From: Amphiscolops sp. MND2022
Taxonomy: Eukaryota
Assembly (NCBI GenBank): GCA_964187785.1
Contig: OZ076419.1
Span: 44,640,001-44,704,000 of the forward strand
Direction: 5' to 3'
DNA: 64,000 bases
A program made the position numbers and the translations under genes. The notes below the pieces were generated by a model. It did no database searches, had not been told where the DNA came from, and worked only from the letters and a program-made list of their open reading frames with translations. Of this stretch, positions 36,901 to 49,352 are shown one piece after another (the stretch's first letter is position 1; every line of letters starts with the position of its first letter).

Positions 36901-37494
36901 ACGGGTGTGGTCATGAAAGGTGACACCGTGTCACTAATGGGAACTGATTGGAAAGTGAACGATCTGTATTTCTTGGAGAATAAATTATTTCTGGAAGTCG
37001 AGAAACGAGACGATGCATTTTTTTAATCCACAGTCCCAATCAATTATATTAAAAAAGAATGTGTTTCCCCGGTCGAATTTCACCCAGCAATGCCCCTTTA
37101 TGAGGAACACTCATTGATTTATTGGGCCTACTCAAACTTACGGCATATATTGATGCATTCCTTCAACGGTGCGAGCAGAGTAAAGGACATCAGAAGAGAT
37201 ATTGCCCCATGTACTCCTGCGACACTGCACGCATTTGGCATTCGAGACGGCACGGTGACGTATAGTGTGAAATACGATGGCGCCTTATCCACTGCAAGTT
37301 GGGATACCATACTGGGGGACGAATGGGACAAGGTTGCGGAAGGGACAGCTGTTGTGATGTCCATAAAGTTCAAAGAAGATAGAAGCTGTACCCTCAACTT
37401 TAATAGGAATATATTTGTGCAAGCTACTCTCGTATCCAATGTAAACTTCAAAACAATGGAGAATTACAGAATGCATGTCAAGGAGCATTGTTAA
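33926..37494 (+). pseudogene. Orphan gene, copy 2, with premature stop
   Basis: AAA>TAA at 37024-37026; the same frame resumes downstream. Confidence 0.7.
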
Positions 37495-40400
37495 CTGGTA
37501 CATAATTTATGTTTGACAATTTTTCAATTCAATTTGTGTTCCGATTTTTTTCTTTCATGATCAAAGATTCTAAATTTGTTAAACTTACAGTAAGATATGT
37601 TCAGGAACCGTCCTATTGGACAGCGTGCTGTCGATCGTCACTGCAACTGTAGAGCTACCCTAGTCGAGCCTGCACGAACTTTTTGCATGTTGCATGAATG
37701 CATGCAGGGAAACTTTTTAAAAAACCTAGAAAATTCAAGGATCATGCAGGGGAAAATCTTGTAAAACTTTCCTGCATCTTTGAAAAATGATCAATTTTCA
37801 GATGAAAACTTTTAGAAAAAGACACTGCAGCCTTTGAATTTTTGAGCAAGAGTTCACTTGAAAACGATGACTTCGCTCGAAATCCTCTTCTGATAGAAAA
37901 CAAAAAAAAATAGAAAAATACACTAAATTTGATAAGTGAAATTCAAAACAACAAATTATAAAAATTATAAAAAAATTACAGTCTCAGTCTTACTTATAGT
38001 AGCTGAGGTTTTCGGGAACCATCTGACATCAAGAAACGGGACATCAAACTCGTAAAGAATCTGCAATAGTTGCAAGCAAGCTTCCACGACAGAAACGATT
38101 CCAGCGATATTGAGGCCGGCGTGAAAATATCGTCATTGAACAATTGTTGGGATCTACGTTCACTTTCTAAGAACTTTGAGTGTTTTTCGTTCCGAACGAG
38201 TCTCTGATTTTCTGCGAACCTTCAAATCATTCTTTCCTTTGATATGACAGCCACGAATGCTGCTTCTACATTGAATGGTTGTAAGTCCGATTTAATATAT
38301 TTATATGATTCATCTTTTGAAAGCTAAATGACAGCAAGAGGACAAAAGCATGATCGTTCTGGGCTAATTTGTTGCTCAGCTATGGGACTATGTATGGAAG
38401 TTATCACATCTGTTCCTTTATTCATTTGAATGCTCCAAGCTATTATCGTTCGTTGCAACTCGGGCTTGATGCTGCGACGACAACAATCTCTTGGCCTTTT
38501 CGACTTCTCGTCTCAATATTTCAAAATGATAAATGTTATTCGAAATTTTGAAAAAAAATTTCACGTCGAATGAAGAAAGTTTTGATTTTTTTGTTCCTTC
38601 TGAGAACTTTTTACTGAGAATAGCGTCAGTTCTTTTTTTTCCTTTCGATTCTCGATTTTAATAGGTAATAGGAAAGTCAAACTATGAAGTTTTAAACAGT
38701 CCAATGAAAATCGCTCATTTTCGACATTACGCTCTAAAGTAGTTCCATCAAGTTTTTCTCAGGATACCATGAAAACTTATAACTTTCTGCCCTAATGACT
38801 TGAAGTCGTGACAAATTTTCTATGACCTTATGTTTTTCAGGCGAAAAAAAATGAACCGCGCTGACGATTTTGAGACGAATTTCTTTGCTTCAGTGGCACA
38901 TTTAGATGAGTTCACATCAGACAAAAGTTTTGCGGGTTTTCGTCCTCTACAACTTTGATCATCATGATGCTGCTTACAAAACCCGCCAAATTGTGCATAA
39001 ACCTTGATTAAAACTAATAAGCTGATAATTAACTTAAATAATTATCAGCTCAACGGCGAAATTTTCGAGCATGAAAATAATTCAAAGAATCACCCAAAAC
39101 TTTATTAAAAGTATCAGGCAACCTATAAAAGCATGTAAAAAGTTCATGCACTGTGAACAAGGGTACCAACAGGGGTGTGCATGCAATAATCTATCGGAAG
39201 ATCAATAAATTATTGCAAAAAATAATTTATTAGAAAGCTTTTCACTATGAATAATTTATTGGCAGGAAATAATTAATAAAATAATTTATTGCATCATGCA
39301 ATAAATGGAACAATAAATGGGACATTGAATACACCTCGGTTCACATGTATTTGTTATGTAATATATACCATAAGATTAATATATACCGAAAGATTATGCC
39401 CACAGCCAAGTATATTTAGTGCCCACAGCGAAAATCAATGTCGCCCTATCATCTAGAATGTGTTCTGTCTTTGAAGACCAATAAATAGTATTGGCATGCA
39501 TCAATATGTGTTCAATTATGATGATTCAATATTTATAAATTATTGTAACATTACAATAATTTATTGTTTAAAACAAGTCTTATTATAATTTATTGTTTAA
39601 AACAAACAATCATTTATTGGTTAGTTTCAGCAATAAAATGACTTATTGTATCGTATCAATAAATATAAATGCAATATTGCGCACCCCTGGTTACCAAATA
39701 GCCGGCTTGGCTAATTTGATTTGAATGATATAATACGGGTGAAAGTTGGCAATTAATTAAGAATGAAAATTGAATTGAATAGGAAATTGGCAGTAATGAA
39801 TTATGAGAAATCTCAATTGGCAAACGAAGAAATTGAAATTTTGTAAATCCGTTTACGAACCTTGTCGGGACTGAACGAAATTTTCACCGAATGTCAGGAC
39901 TGCTGTGACGTCATAATTAAAATGATAACAAGAGACCAAATAACACAGCAACTGTGACGAATGTGCACGCTTGATTTCTTAGTTTGATTTCCATTTTACG
40001 GCCTGTAATGAGCTGTGACGTCATAGTTAAAATGATAACATAAGACCAAATAACACAGCAACTGTGACGAATGTGCATGCTTGATTTCTTAGTTTGATTT
40101 CCATTTTACGGCCTGTAATGAGCTGTGACGTCATAGTTAAAATGATAACATAAGACCAAATAACACAGCAACTGTGACGAATGTGCATGCTTGATTTCTT
40201 AGTTTGACTTCCATTTTACGGCCTGTAATGAGCTCGATACAGTATGGATACTATTTGCAGGCATAGAGCGGACATGAAGATTACGAAACTCTATCTCCAG
40301 CTCATCACAGTTTGTAAAATGACAGATTATCTTACCTTCAGCCCATGACAGTCCGTAAACTGAAAGATAAATAAATTTCATTAATAAACGCTAAACTAAA

Positions 40401-42614
40401 AAAATGCACGATAAAATGAAAGCTCTTATCTCTAGCTCATCACAGTCCGTAAACTGAAAGGGAACATGTCATCTATTTCCCCCCAGGTACACCTTGTTAG
40501 GAGTTCTCCCCAACACGAAAGCACATTTTCTTCTGGAATAAAAATACTTCACCAAGAAGAGAGTATTATATAAAAGTAAATACTTAGAGGATTGTCTCTA
40601 CTAATGTTTGGACACTTCAGGTTTAAAAATGCCATAATTGTTTGTTGATATTGTGCAAAATAGTAAAATTCCCGCTTGAACAAGATACAAAATTATAAAA
40701 AGGCCCCTATTTCACGCAAATTTTCTCCGTGACAAATCTAATGAGCCGTGCCTAATGATTATGTCGACAACAAGGGATCAGAAAAATCTATGGGAGTTCA
40801 CGCATCAAACATTGAAAATTCAGACTCAAAAATTGAAGATTATCCTCTTAGACCTTCAGAAATGAAAGATTTAGCACATCGTGATAAGCCTCTGTACGGA
40901 AATGAAATAGATTTAGACGCAACTATAGTATCAAATGATCACTCTGAGTCATGTATTTTAGGTCTAATGGTATACAATTAAGCTCATGGTATCAATCAAC
41001 TCTAGTGTAACTTTAGTGTAACTCAATCCACTTAAACAGCGTGAAACAGTGTAAAACAATCAAACTATAGTGTAAATCAATCAAGTTAAGCAGCGTAAAA
41101 CAATCAAAGTTGTTACTGAGTGAATTCAAATTTAAAGCGTCAGCAAGAAATTGTCTAGTATTAATGAATTAGTGTAAAGTAGTCAAACTTTGACTACTAT
41201 CCACTTTTTGAGGAGATTACTTTCTGAATTCCTCAAAAAGTGAATTCTAGTTAAAGTTTGACTGATTTACACTTGACACAATTTCTTGACTGGAATACAC
41301 TTTTTACGAATTACACTTAATGACTGAAATTCGTGAATCTGCGTTACACTGCTTGACTGAAATACGCAATATAATAGCTGATACACGTTACACTCCTTGA
41401 CTAAAATACGGTTGGAGACTATTTTACACTGAAAACATACTACACTTGATGATAAAAATTCACTTTTGCGGCTCATGTATCGTAATGAAGTTTATGAAAT
41501 CACGAGACCTTTACTGAACAACCGAAAAAATGTGTGGAAAGTTCAAGCAGTCCTCACAATTATATTCAACTTTTTTCACAAGTTTTTCTGTTAGGTCTCT
41601 TTTGTCACACCATTGTGAATGCCAGTGCAGTAGGTCCGAGGCGTTCTAGGGAATGCACGAGACACATGGTGGTACAAAATATACAAAACTCTATTTCAAC
41701 TAATTGGACGATGATAATCCAATAATCAAATAACTCAAATAACGAAAAAAGTCTAATTTTCAGGCGTTGCGATCAATATTTACGGACAATACGTTTGGAC
41801 CTTGATTACTTCTTACCCTGGTTGGAACTGCTTGAACTTTTTACAAGTTTTTGTAGGTTAACCTACAAAGCTAATTTTTCATGATTCTATAAATATCCCA
41901 AGGAAACGTCCAGGCAATAAAACTTCACTGATGCAATTTGATTCATCAAGCTGCCTATAAGATGCATCCTACAATTGGCGGCAAATATGAACCGCGAAGT
42001 TTTGCAGGTTTCATACAGACGCCGTTCTAATTTTGAAAGCAGCTGAGACCTTCATCAATTTTACCGCGGTTTCAATGCAAATAAATTTCAGTCACATTAT
42101 AAGTATCAAAGTAGCGTCATATTTAGCGTGCTATTCGTGACGGCTAACCGTGACGGTGTTTACGTAAGGTACTTACTTGAGAAACTTACCCGTGAAAACA
42201 AAGTGATCGCCGTGGTGAAGAAGTGGAAATGTTTTCAGTTTTAACTCAAATAGTGAAAGCTGCCTAGTAAACCTACAAAATGTTTCCATGCATAGTCCCT
42301 GAATTTTCCGTGTTTTATAAAAAATAGCCGGCATTTTATGAAGGTGCCTGTAAAATATCGCGGCAACTTCAACTAGGGTAGTTAGTGTGAAACCAATATC
42401 CGTCGGGAATAGGCTAACAAATCCAAAAGAGGAAGAAAATGATCTCAAAGCACTCAAGAAAAGAGGACATGACGTTCGAACAAGCCGAAAAAACAATAAT
42501 GCAAGGCATGAAACAAAAAAATCTGATATCATTTTTTTGTTTCAGAGGGTGAACCAAGGCAACATAAACCTCTGTAGACATTTGCAAGTATTTTGACCGG
42601 GGTGACGTCTCAAA

Positions 42615-42776
42615 ATGTGCAAATGCAGTATTGTAGAAAACGAGGATAGTGAAAGATTCGAACTCGTTAAAAAAGACTTCAGGAACGGATTCGTTCTCTT
42701 GAGAATACTTGTGCTCATTTTCTTCCTCTGGATCACTTTGAACCTGTTGGAATTCTTTGACGCCGGCCTCATCTAA
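42615..42776 (+). CDS. 53-aa MCxC small membrane protein, paralog 1
   Basis: MCKCSIVENEDSERFELVKKDFRNGFVLLRILVLIFFLWITLNLLEFFDAGLI*. Exon bounded by tttgtttcag (42545) and TTG|GTGAGT (42799). Confidence 0.6.
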   Translation: MCKCSIVENEDSERFELVKKDFRNGFVLLRILVLIFFLWITLNLLEFFDAGLI

Positions 42777-44003
42777 GGAGACTTCCAACTAACCTATTGG
42801 TGAGTTCCGCGCGGAAAACTTGCTTAATCACTAATGTGTCACTATATTCATCTCCAAGCTCCTTCCGAATATTGGCATCACTTGCGTCTTCGAGTTGTTC
42901 CTCGCAAAACACGCATTTTCTCGTTTTATCCAAAAATTCCAAATCATAAACGACTTCATTTCCAATTGCTCGTTTTCACATCTTTTTAAGCCACCAAAAT
43001 TAGGTGCCTACAATGTTTTGAAGGTTGTTCATGACAGAATTCAGTGTAAAAAAATTCGACTCTTTCATTGCGCAAAAATGCCATGATTCCCAGTATATCG
43101 AACAAAAGTGATTCGTCGTAGATTAACGTCATTTTAGCTGTTATTATTTTGGGTTGCATGACTCGGCCTTCTTTCGAGACGTTGCGCGACCATCCAAGTC
43201 GGCTTTCAAAACTAGCCTCTGCTCAAGTATTGGCATGCCGCTCGTCTTAAATCCTTTTTGCGCTTAGAGCACAGCTCTTTTCTGTTCAGAAAAAAATTAA
43301 TTCGATCATTTGCGAGATTCGGAATGAATGAATTCGGAGAATGTTACTGTGAGAAGAGATTTTACGTGCCTTTTTATCTAAAACCCCACGTAAAAAACTA
43401 ACTTTAGTATTTCAACAGGTGAATTTTTAATACTTAGAATGTTTCAAGGAATACAGAGCCTCGGCCGAACTAATATGGCTCTCTTTGGAATTATTTTCTG
43501 TGACATGTTCGAAAAATGTGAATATTGAAGGTGCTCCACCGTGAATCTTGTTTCAATCAAGTTGACGTTCGATACCGGAAACAATCTTACAACGGAGAAA
43601 ATTTTGTAGGAAATTAGACAAATCCATGGTGTGCGGGAATGGGAAGCAGAAAGCTTACAAATTTGGATGTAAAAACACGAAAGATGTAAAGAAGTCAACC
43701 TCAATTTTTTTGAACTACGTGATCAGTCATCAAAAAATAGCATGGATTAAAAGTCAAAACTTGACGGCGAGTGGCAACTAGAACCTAGGAGACATTGTCT
43801 ATGATCGGTATGATCGATCAAACAAGTTCCAGAGAGGAAAATGATCACGAGTCATTCTAAAAAAAACTCACTTTAGAACATTGATAAAATAATTCCAAAG
43901 AACACCAAACGAAGCTGTTTAGCATCCTTCTTTTGTTTCAGACTGGCAACCAAGTTTCATAGATAGAGAATTACAAGCACTTTGAACGAGGTGGCTTCCC
44001 AAG

Positions 44004-44156
44004 ATGTGCAGATGCATTTTTGAAAACGAGGATAGCGAAAACTTCGAACTCGTTAGAAGCGACCTCAAAAAAGGACTCTTGAGAATACTTGTCGTCAATT
44101 TTTTCCTCTGGATTGCTTTCAACCTCGTGGAAAACTTCGATCCCGACTTTATCTAA
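44004..44156 (+). CDS. 50-aa MCxC small membrane protein, paralog 2
   Basis: MCRCIFENEDSENFELVRSDLKKGLLRILVVNFFLWIAFNLVENFDPDFI*. Same exon layout (43942-44181). Confidence 0.6.
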   Translation: MCRCIFENEDSENFELVRSDLKKGLLRILVVNFFLWIAFNLVENFDPDFI

Positions 44157-44962
44157 GGAGACTAGACATAGCAACCTATTGGTGAGTTTTGCGGGCTCTT
44201 TTCTGTCCGCCCACCAATTTTTTTGAACAACTGGTGAAATTATTAGAAAAAAAATTGGAACTAATTCGGAAGCCTTCAGTTTTGAATTCATTGTCAAGAT
44301 GACTGTTTCGAATTCGAATATAAACTTTGTTCACACAATTTTGATTGGGATATCGGCTTTTTTTGAGTCTCAAAAACAGTTAATTTTACAAAATCACAGT
44401 CAAAACATGTGAAAAATCCTCTGTTCGAAGGAAAAACTATTCTAATAGAAGTTACGTTCCTGTTATGCAAAAAGGTCTTCATTACTTCAGCCTTTCACTT
44501 AACTCTAAAACTCAACTTTTCTTTAACTTATGTTTGAAATAAACCTGTTTTTTTTTCCGAAAAGTTCGATTGTGTGTGGGGGGGGGGGGATTTCAGGAAA
44601 ATGCGTTTTGCGCAACTAGCATTTTTTCACAAAAAGTTTCAATAACATATCAATTTTCACGCACTAGTAAATGTCTCCCTACCTTTCGTTTTTCCTTTTT
44701 TCTGCTCGAAAGTTTCTGGTTTTTACAAAAATTACAGCTGGTGAAAAAGTCACTTGCACCTGCTGTTCAAACTGTATCAGCTGTTTCGGCGGCTGAGGCT
44801 ACCGTTTGGTTTCAAAAATCCTTGCCAGTGGATTTTAGATGACCTCAAATTTATCCATGTTATTTTCCGCCCACATATAATGGGGGAGCAAAATAATCTG
44901 AGTTGCGTTTTATTTTCAAATTCTGCCAAATCTCCACTTTATTACTGCATTTAGTAAATTTT

Positions 44963-45035
44963 GGTTCTATGGCGCAGTTGGTTGTGCATCTGCCTGGCAG
45001 ACACGAGGTCGTGGGTTCGAACCCGTGCTGATGCC
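44963..45035 (+). other. tRNA-derived SINE-like sequence
   Basis: A box TGGCGCAGTTGG, B box GGTTCGAACCC; poor acceptor stem. Confidence 0.6.
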
Positions 45036-45283
45036 TTTCATTTTTGTCGGAAAAAAAATCGATGCTTAGCGGGCGCTTGTTTTATGTTACCGTTTTGTTA
45101 TCTTGGATGAAATGAGAAATCAACCAATGCTTTGGTTTCGCAATACTTTGAGCCGCCTAAGTCTCATCACGCGAGCTTTATTATTAGAAAAACCGCTTCT
45201 CTTGACTTTTTTCAAGAAATTCACACATATTTGGTGTTGCCGCATGATATCATATCACAATGATCGCGCCGTAATTGTTAGAC

Positions 45284-45352
45284 TACTTAGCATAGTGGAC
45301 CAATCCATGCCATCGAATCGGTCTGCGTGAGTTCGAATCTGCGACGGTGCTC
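45284..45352 (+). other. Second tRNA-like / Pol III-box relic
   Basis: TAGCATAGTGG at 45288 and GAGTTCGAATC at 45329. Confidence 0.4.
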
Positions 45353-45357
45353 TTCTT

Positions 45358-48300
45358 TGTTAAATCTGTTCCTTACTTTTCACCTCTGATTCATAAATCA
45401 TACTATTGACATTTAATATTGCTCATTTTCATGTACAATATATACCATTCATTGCTCACTAATATAAACGTTGTTATTACATACGTGTAAACAACCAGTT
45501 GAGACCTTTTTGTTGTCCCTTTGGCTTTAAATGCCTATTTTGTCGGTTAAAACCAACTGATAACCAATCCCCCATTTTTGTTTTCTCTTATCATTCCTTA
45601 TCATTCATACCGTCAATAAACGTTATCAAATACAGACCTCTTGCCTTGAGACAAGACTCAAATCTACTAGTTTGAACTCTATCTTTGAGTTCCTTCAATC
45701 GTCTAGGTTGAACTCTTTTTTGAGTTCCCTCGTTGTAGCTTGAGAGCTAGCGCGAAACATTGGTGACCTCGACGTGATGTCAACAGCAGATGGTCAAGAG
45801 GTTCAGACGGTTCTGGATGTGAGATGAAGTTGCCCCAGCTGAAGCGATCAAGAGAGGCGCATCGCGGCGTCTTCACAAGACAGGCAAAAGCAATCCGGCA
45901 AGCCGGTGGAGCGCTCGAGGACGTTCAGGCCACATTGGAGTTCCTGATTGATCGTCGCAAGATGCTGACAGAGTTGGATGCTCAGATTCAACAACTCATT
46001 GAAGACAAGGATGAGTTAGTAACCGATGTGGAATAAGCTGATGACGTGTTCATGGCAGCCGAAAGGGCAGTGAAGTGGTATCAGGGCAAGGTCAAGGCGA
46101 TGCAGCCTCCAAGCCCGAGCGGCGCAGTGGCTCCATCAAGTGGCAGTCTGACCATGAAGCTCCCGAAGCTGACCCTTCCTTCATTCAGCGGTGAATACAC
46201 ACAGTGGGTCTCTCTGGGACCAATTCACAAAACTGGTTGACAGCAAAGTTGACATGGCCAACGTTGAGAAGCTATCATACCTCAAGTTGTCACTGAAGGG
46301 TGATGCAGCTCAGACAGTTTCGTCACTGTTGGTCATGCAAACTAGTTAGTTAGCACTGATTTCACTGAAGCAAACTACGACATTGCGAAGCGAAAGTTAG
46401 AAGAGCGCTACAACAACAAGCGTTCAATTGTGAAAACGCACTTAGCTGCAATTCATGCCCTACCAGCCATAAAACGGGAGTCAAGTGTCGAGCTGCGAAA
46501 ACTGTTGGAATCGACGAACGAACATGTGCAAGCACTAGTAGCTTTGAGGCTTCCCGTTAATCAATGGGATGCAATACTAGTGTACTGGCTGCTGAAGAAA
46601 CTAGACGCTGAATCCAGGAAGCAGTTTGAATTGGCTCATCCCGGCACAGATGTGTTAACATTCAAGGAGTTAACTACATTCATGGATAGACAAAGCCGCG
46701 CATTGGAATCCAGTGGCGACCAGCCGGAGGTATCTACCCCCAAGACGACGCCCAAAAAGGTGCATCAAGAAGCCTACTCCTCAACGGTTGAGCACTCAGC
46801 GAGTTGTCAGATGAAAGTATGCAATGGGTCACATTCAACCTCTCAGTGTGATCACTACAAGCATTTGGGCACGCGTGAGAAGAAGGCAGTGGTGAGAATG
46901 CTCAAACTGTGCATGAACTTTCTGGGGCGGAATTTCGTGGCTGACTGTCCATGAGTTCAGCTACCGCACTTGCAACGGGAGGCATCATACATCACTGCAC
47001 TTTGATCGTCCAGTCAAGCAGCAAAGTGGTGTGACAAGTGGTGCAACATTCAGTGGTCCCTCTGTGATTCTGTCAACAGCAATAGTTGGCATAGATGCTG
47101 CAACTGGAAAGACAATGATGTTTCGAACCTTGCTGGACTCTGGGTCTCAAACATCCTCCCTCACAGCGGATGCAGCATCAAAACTCAACATCGCCCGTTC
47201 AACAGTTGATGTGAAGATCCCAGGGCTTAGTGGACGGCAACAAGCAGCAAATGAGACAGTCAATCTCGTGATTGGTCCTCAAAAACTGCCGTGCTCTAGT
47301 GCTGAACTCAATTGCAGGTAATATACCCTCTCAATCCAATAACTTGAAACAATTGAAATCAATGAAAAATGTAGCATTAGCTGATGAAAACTTCCATTAA
47401 CCTGGCCCCGTTCAATTGTTGGGCGCGATGTGTACGAGGATCTCTTTCTGGACGAAAGGAGGAAGGCTCATGGGCTTCACTATCGCAAGATTATCGTCGG
47501 CTGGGTGGTCAGTGGAGTGTTGTCTCAAGTTCGTGCCTACCAATGCAATCCTTCTTGCCCCAAGTTGCAGTGGAAGTAGAGCTTGCTCGCTTCTGATAAG
47601 GTGAAGAGTGTCCTCGAGTGAACCCTATGTCCAAAGCAAATCGTCAATGTGTGGAAAATTACGATACAACGACGTATGTTGCTGATGATGACCGAATCAC
47701 CGTGCGTCTTCCTTTCAAATCTGAGGCATGTCCCTTGAACAACTTTCAAACAGCCAAGCAGAGATTGTTCGCCTAGGAACGAAAACTCAAGGATCACGAT
47801 GACGTGAAGCAGCAGTATCGTGATTTCATCAAGGAGTTTGTGGATATGGGTCATCTTGAACAAGCGCTTCAGACGTCTGGTTTGCGTTACTACTTACCCC
47901 ATCACTGTTTGTTCAAGGATAGCACAACGACTAAGCTCCGTGTCGTGTTCGATGCTAGCAGCAAAGCCCCGAATGGCAACTCGCTTAACGATTGCCTATT
48001 GCTGAGACCCCGGTTGCAGGACGATGTGTTTGATATTCTCATTCGTATTCGCCTCCAACAATTTGCATTATCGGCAGATGTGGCGAAGATGTACCGACAA
48101 GTGGACTTAGACGAATCAGATCGAGATTTTCATCGAATTCTGTAACTTGACTACGTAACAAGATCCGAGAATTGCGCATAACTCGTGTGACGTATGGTGT
48201 TGCCAGCTCCACCTACCAATTAACCCGAGCACTTCAAGAGAGTGGCAAAAATCATGGACCAAATCCGAACACAGTGAATGTGATTCTCAACGACTTCTGC

Positions 48301-49352
48301 GTTCGTCAAGACGATCTCATTGAAACCCTCAGCAAGAACTGTCGCCCACTACGCACGTGGAGCAGCAACGAACCCCAACTGGTCACTCGTCTTTCGAAAG
48401 ACCTTCAAGAAGCTGACAAGGCCTATGGAATCAACGTCAAAACCCATCATAATCAAAACACTTGGACTGACGTGGCATCCTCTAAAGGATCACTTTGTGT
48501 ACGCATGTAGTAGTGAGTATGTTTCAACCATTACCAAACGAACTTTGCTCAGTGATCTTTCAAAGCATTTTGATGCAATTGACCTCATAGTTCTCGTAGT
48601 AGCCAAGGCCATCATTCAGTCTTGCTGGAAGCTGGATGTCGAGTGGAATGATGCAGTTCCAGATGATGTCACAGCCATACAAAACTTGAAAAGATGACAT
48701 GAGCTCGCTATCACAACTCAAGATACCCGGAAGGTGCTGCCAACTCACTTGTACAAGGAAGCATCTATGATGACTCGGAAAAAGCGTATGATGCTTGTGT
48801 CTATCTGGTGTCAGTCAAAGATAACCTCGTCTCCTCAACCTTCATCTTCTCCAAATGCAAGGTGGCTCCAATCAAACCCTCAACTCTCCCTCGACATGAG
48901 CTCTTGGCAATTCACACTGGTGCCAACCTTGCAACAGCAGTCAAGGGGAGACTATCAGAATCAAAGCACACATTGAATATCTCTGTGCTGTACTCAGACT
49001 CAACAATCGCCCTCTCATGGATCAAGGCAGACCCTGCTCAATTGTATACGTTTGTGTCAAACCGCGTGACCCAAATTCAGTCAAGGCTCCCAACAACTGA
49101 ATTCATTCACGTACCCTCAGAGGAAAACCCAGCAGATCTGTGCTCACGTGGACTGCTAGCAACGCAGTTGGTGGCTCAGCAGAAATTCTTGTTTCAAGGA
49201 CCATCGTGGTTGGGATCATCTTTTCCTGATCAACCGCAGACTCTCCTCACAAAGGAGGAAGTCCGCCAAGAAGTAAAATCCATGACAGTGTTAACTTCAC
49301 CCAGTCATTCGTTAGTAGACTTAGAGAATTTGAACTCACTAATGAAGTTATT
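45358..49352 (+). mobile_element. BEL/Pao LTR retrotransposon A, 5' part (LTR, PBS, gag, protease, RT, RNase H), degenerate
   Basis: Candidate LTR TG..CA 45358-45759; PBS TGGTGACCTCGACGTGAT. Motifs KLPKLTLPSFSGEYTQW, LLDSGSQTS, YYLPHH..KLRVVFDAS, SADVAKMYRQV, PRHELLA, SDSTIALSWI, HVPSEENPADLCSRG. Many stops and frameshifts. Confidence 0.9.
45761..45778 (+). promoter_or_regulatory. Primer-binding site, tRNA-Trp type
   Basis: 17/18 match to the canonical tRNA-Trp PBS TGGTGACCCCGACGTGAT. Confidence 0.8.

Larger units (their letters stand above)
21592..41487. mobile_element. Putative giant DNA transposon, copy 2 (left end not seen; right end at 41487)
   Basis: Near-identical to copy 1 but lacks the 2,954-bp duplication. 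Ends at the same terminus (...TATCGTAATG, 41487), followed by unrelated sequence. Confidence 0.7.

Noticed and set aside
42173-44482. Minus-strand ORFs 42414-42788 and 43971-44297
   Set aside because: Antisense shadows of the plus-strand MCxC exons, which have the matching ATG, stop and splice sites.
12769-45352. Functional tRNA genes at 12769, 35821, 44963 and 45284
   Set aside because: Acceptor and anticodon stems do not pair properly; kept only as tRNA-derived relics.
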